Below, piece by piece: positions 63,296-64,000 of a stretch of DNA of 64,000 nt. The notes beneath the pieces are model-generated. The model was not told where the DNA came from. It was given only the letters and a program-made list of their open reading frames with translations, and searched no databases. The DNA comes from Vicugna vicugna (lineage: Eukaryota), in the NCBI GenBank assembly GCA_013265495.1, contig MU058540.1:1141696-1205695 (forward strand). The letters are read 5' to 3'. Positions within the stretch are counted from its first letter, which is position 1, and each line of letters begins with the position of its first letter. The translations under genes were made by a program, and so were the position numbers.

Positions 63296-63960
63296 TATAA
63301 AATAGGTTATACATTTTAACAAATTACTATAAAGCCCACACCCAAATCACCACCATCTAGGTCATTGGCGGTAGCACCAAAAGTCCCCCACGGAACCTTC
63401 CCCACCACAAGCCCCTCCCTCCCTGGAGACCCACCACTAAATAGTTGGGGTTATTAGCTGCTTTGTTTTTGGTTTTACCACATAAGTATGCATCCAAAGC
63501 CAAATAGTTCTGTCTGCTTTTGAATTTTAATTCACGGGATTATGTAGTTTCCTATGTCTGGATTTTTTTCAATTAACATTTTCTTTTTACCATGCATGCA
63601 TCCGGGTTGTTCTTTGTAGTGGTCATCCTTTCATTGTTTTTATCGTTGCGTAGTTTTCCGACACGTGAATATACCGGGATTTACTTATCCATTTAACTGT
63701 TTACAGACATCTGGGTTGCTTCTGACTGTGGCTGTTGTGAAAACTGCCATTCAGAACCTTCTCATCCATGTCTTGGGGTAAATATGTGCCTGCAGTTCTG
63801 CAGGGTGTTTTCCTCGGAGTGGAATTGCTGGGTCACGGAGTAGGTGTATCTTCCAACCTAGTAGATAACACTAAACTGTTTTCCAGAGTGCTTGTACCAG
63901 CTCACAAGCAGTGTCTGAGCAGCTCCACGTTCTTGCAGGTATTTGGTTACTAGCAGACTT
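63296..63960 (-). mobile_element. Old L1M 3' fragment, antisense
   Basis: ggagtggaattgctgggtca, aaactgttttccagagtg motifs. Confidence 0.7.
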
Positions 63961-64000
63961 GTTTTTGTTTTTAGAATTTGATTTTTATTGTCATCATGGA

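Overview
Mammalian genomic DNA, most likely a camelid: it carries six copies of a tRNA-derived, Vic-1-like SINE, and I recognised no Alu, B1/B2 or Bov-tA. The window covers the NUDT3-RPS10-PACSIN1 block. On the minus strand lie the complete six-exon RPS10 gene (165 aa, about 28430-34404, with a 5'TOP start) and NUDT3/DIPP1 exon 1 with its CpG island (CDS 14188-14286; intron 1 runs off the left edge). A third CpG island at about 54.2-54.8 kb is assigned to the PACSIN1 promoter and non-coding exon 1 by synteny only. The rest is introns and intergenic DNA rich in L1, L2, MIR, LTR and DNA transposons. Most notable: (1) a TISU/YY1-led poly-Ala uORF built from a GCG repeat in the NUDT3 leader, joined by an AUGA stop-start overlap to a second uORF; (2) a candidate three-exon minus-strand transcript at 45.7-48 kb whose splice phases join into a 160-aa ORF with RRKR/KR sites; (3) phase compatibility for the RPS10-NUDT3 readthrough fusion; (4) a 173-bp, about 95% identical direct repeat bracketing the putative PACSIN1 promoter; (5) a strong CTCF motif between RPS10 and PACSIN1. 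Repeat subfamily names come from recall of consensus sequences, not from a database search.
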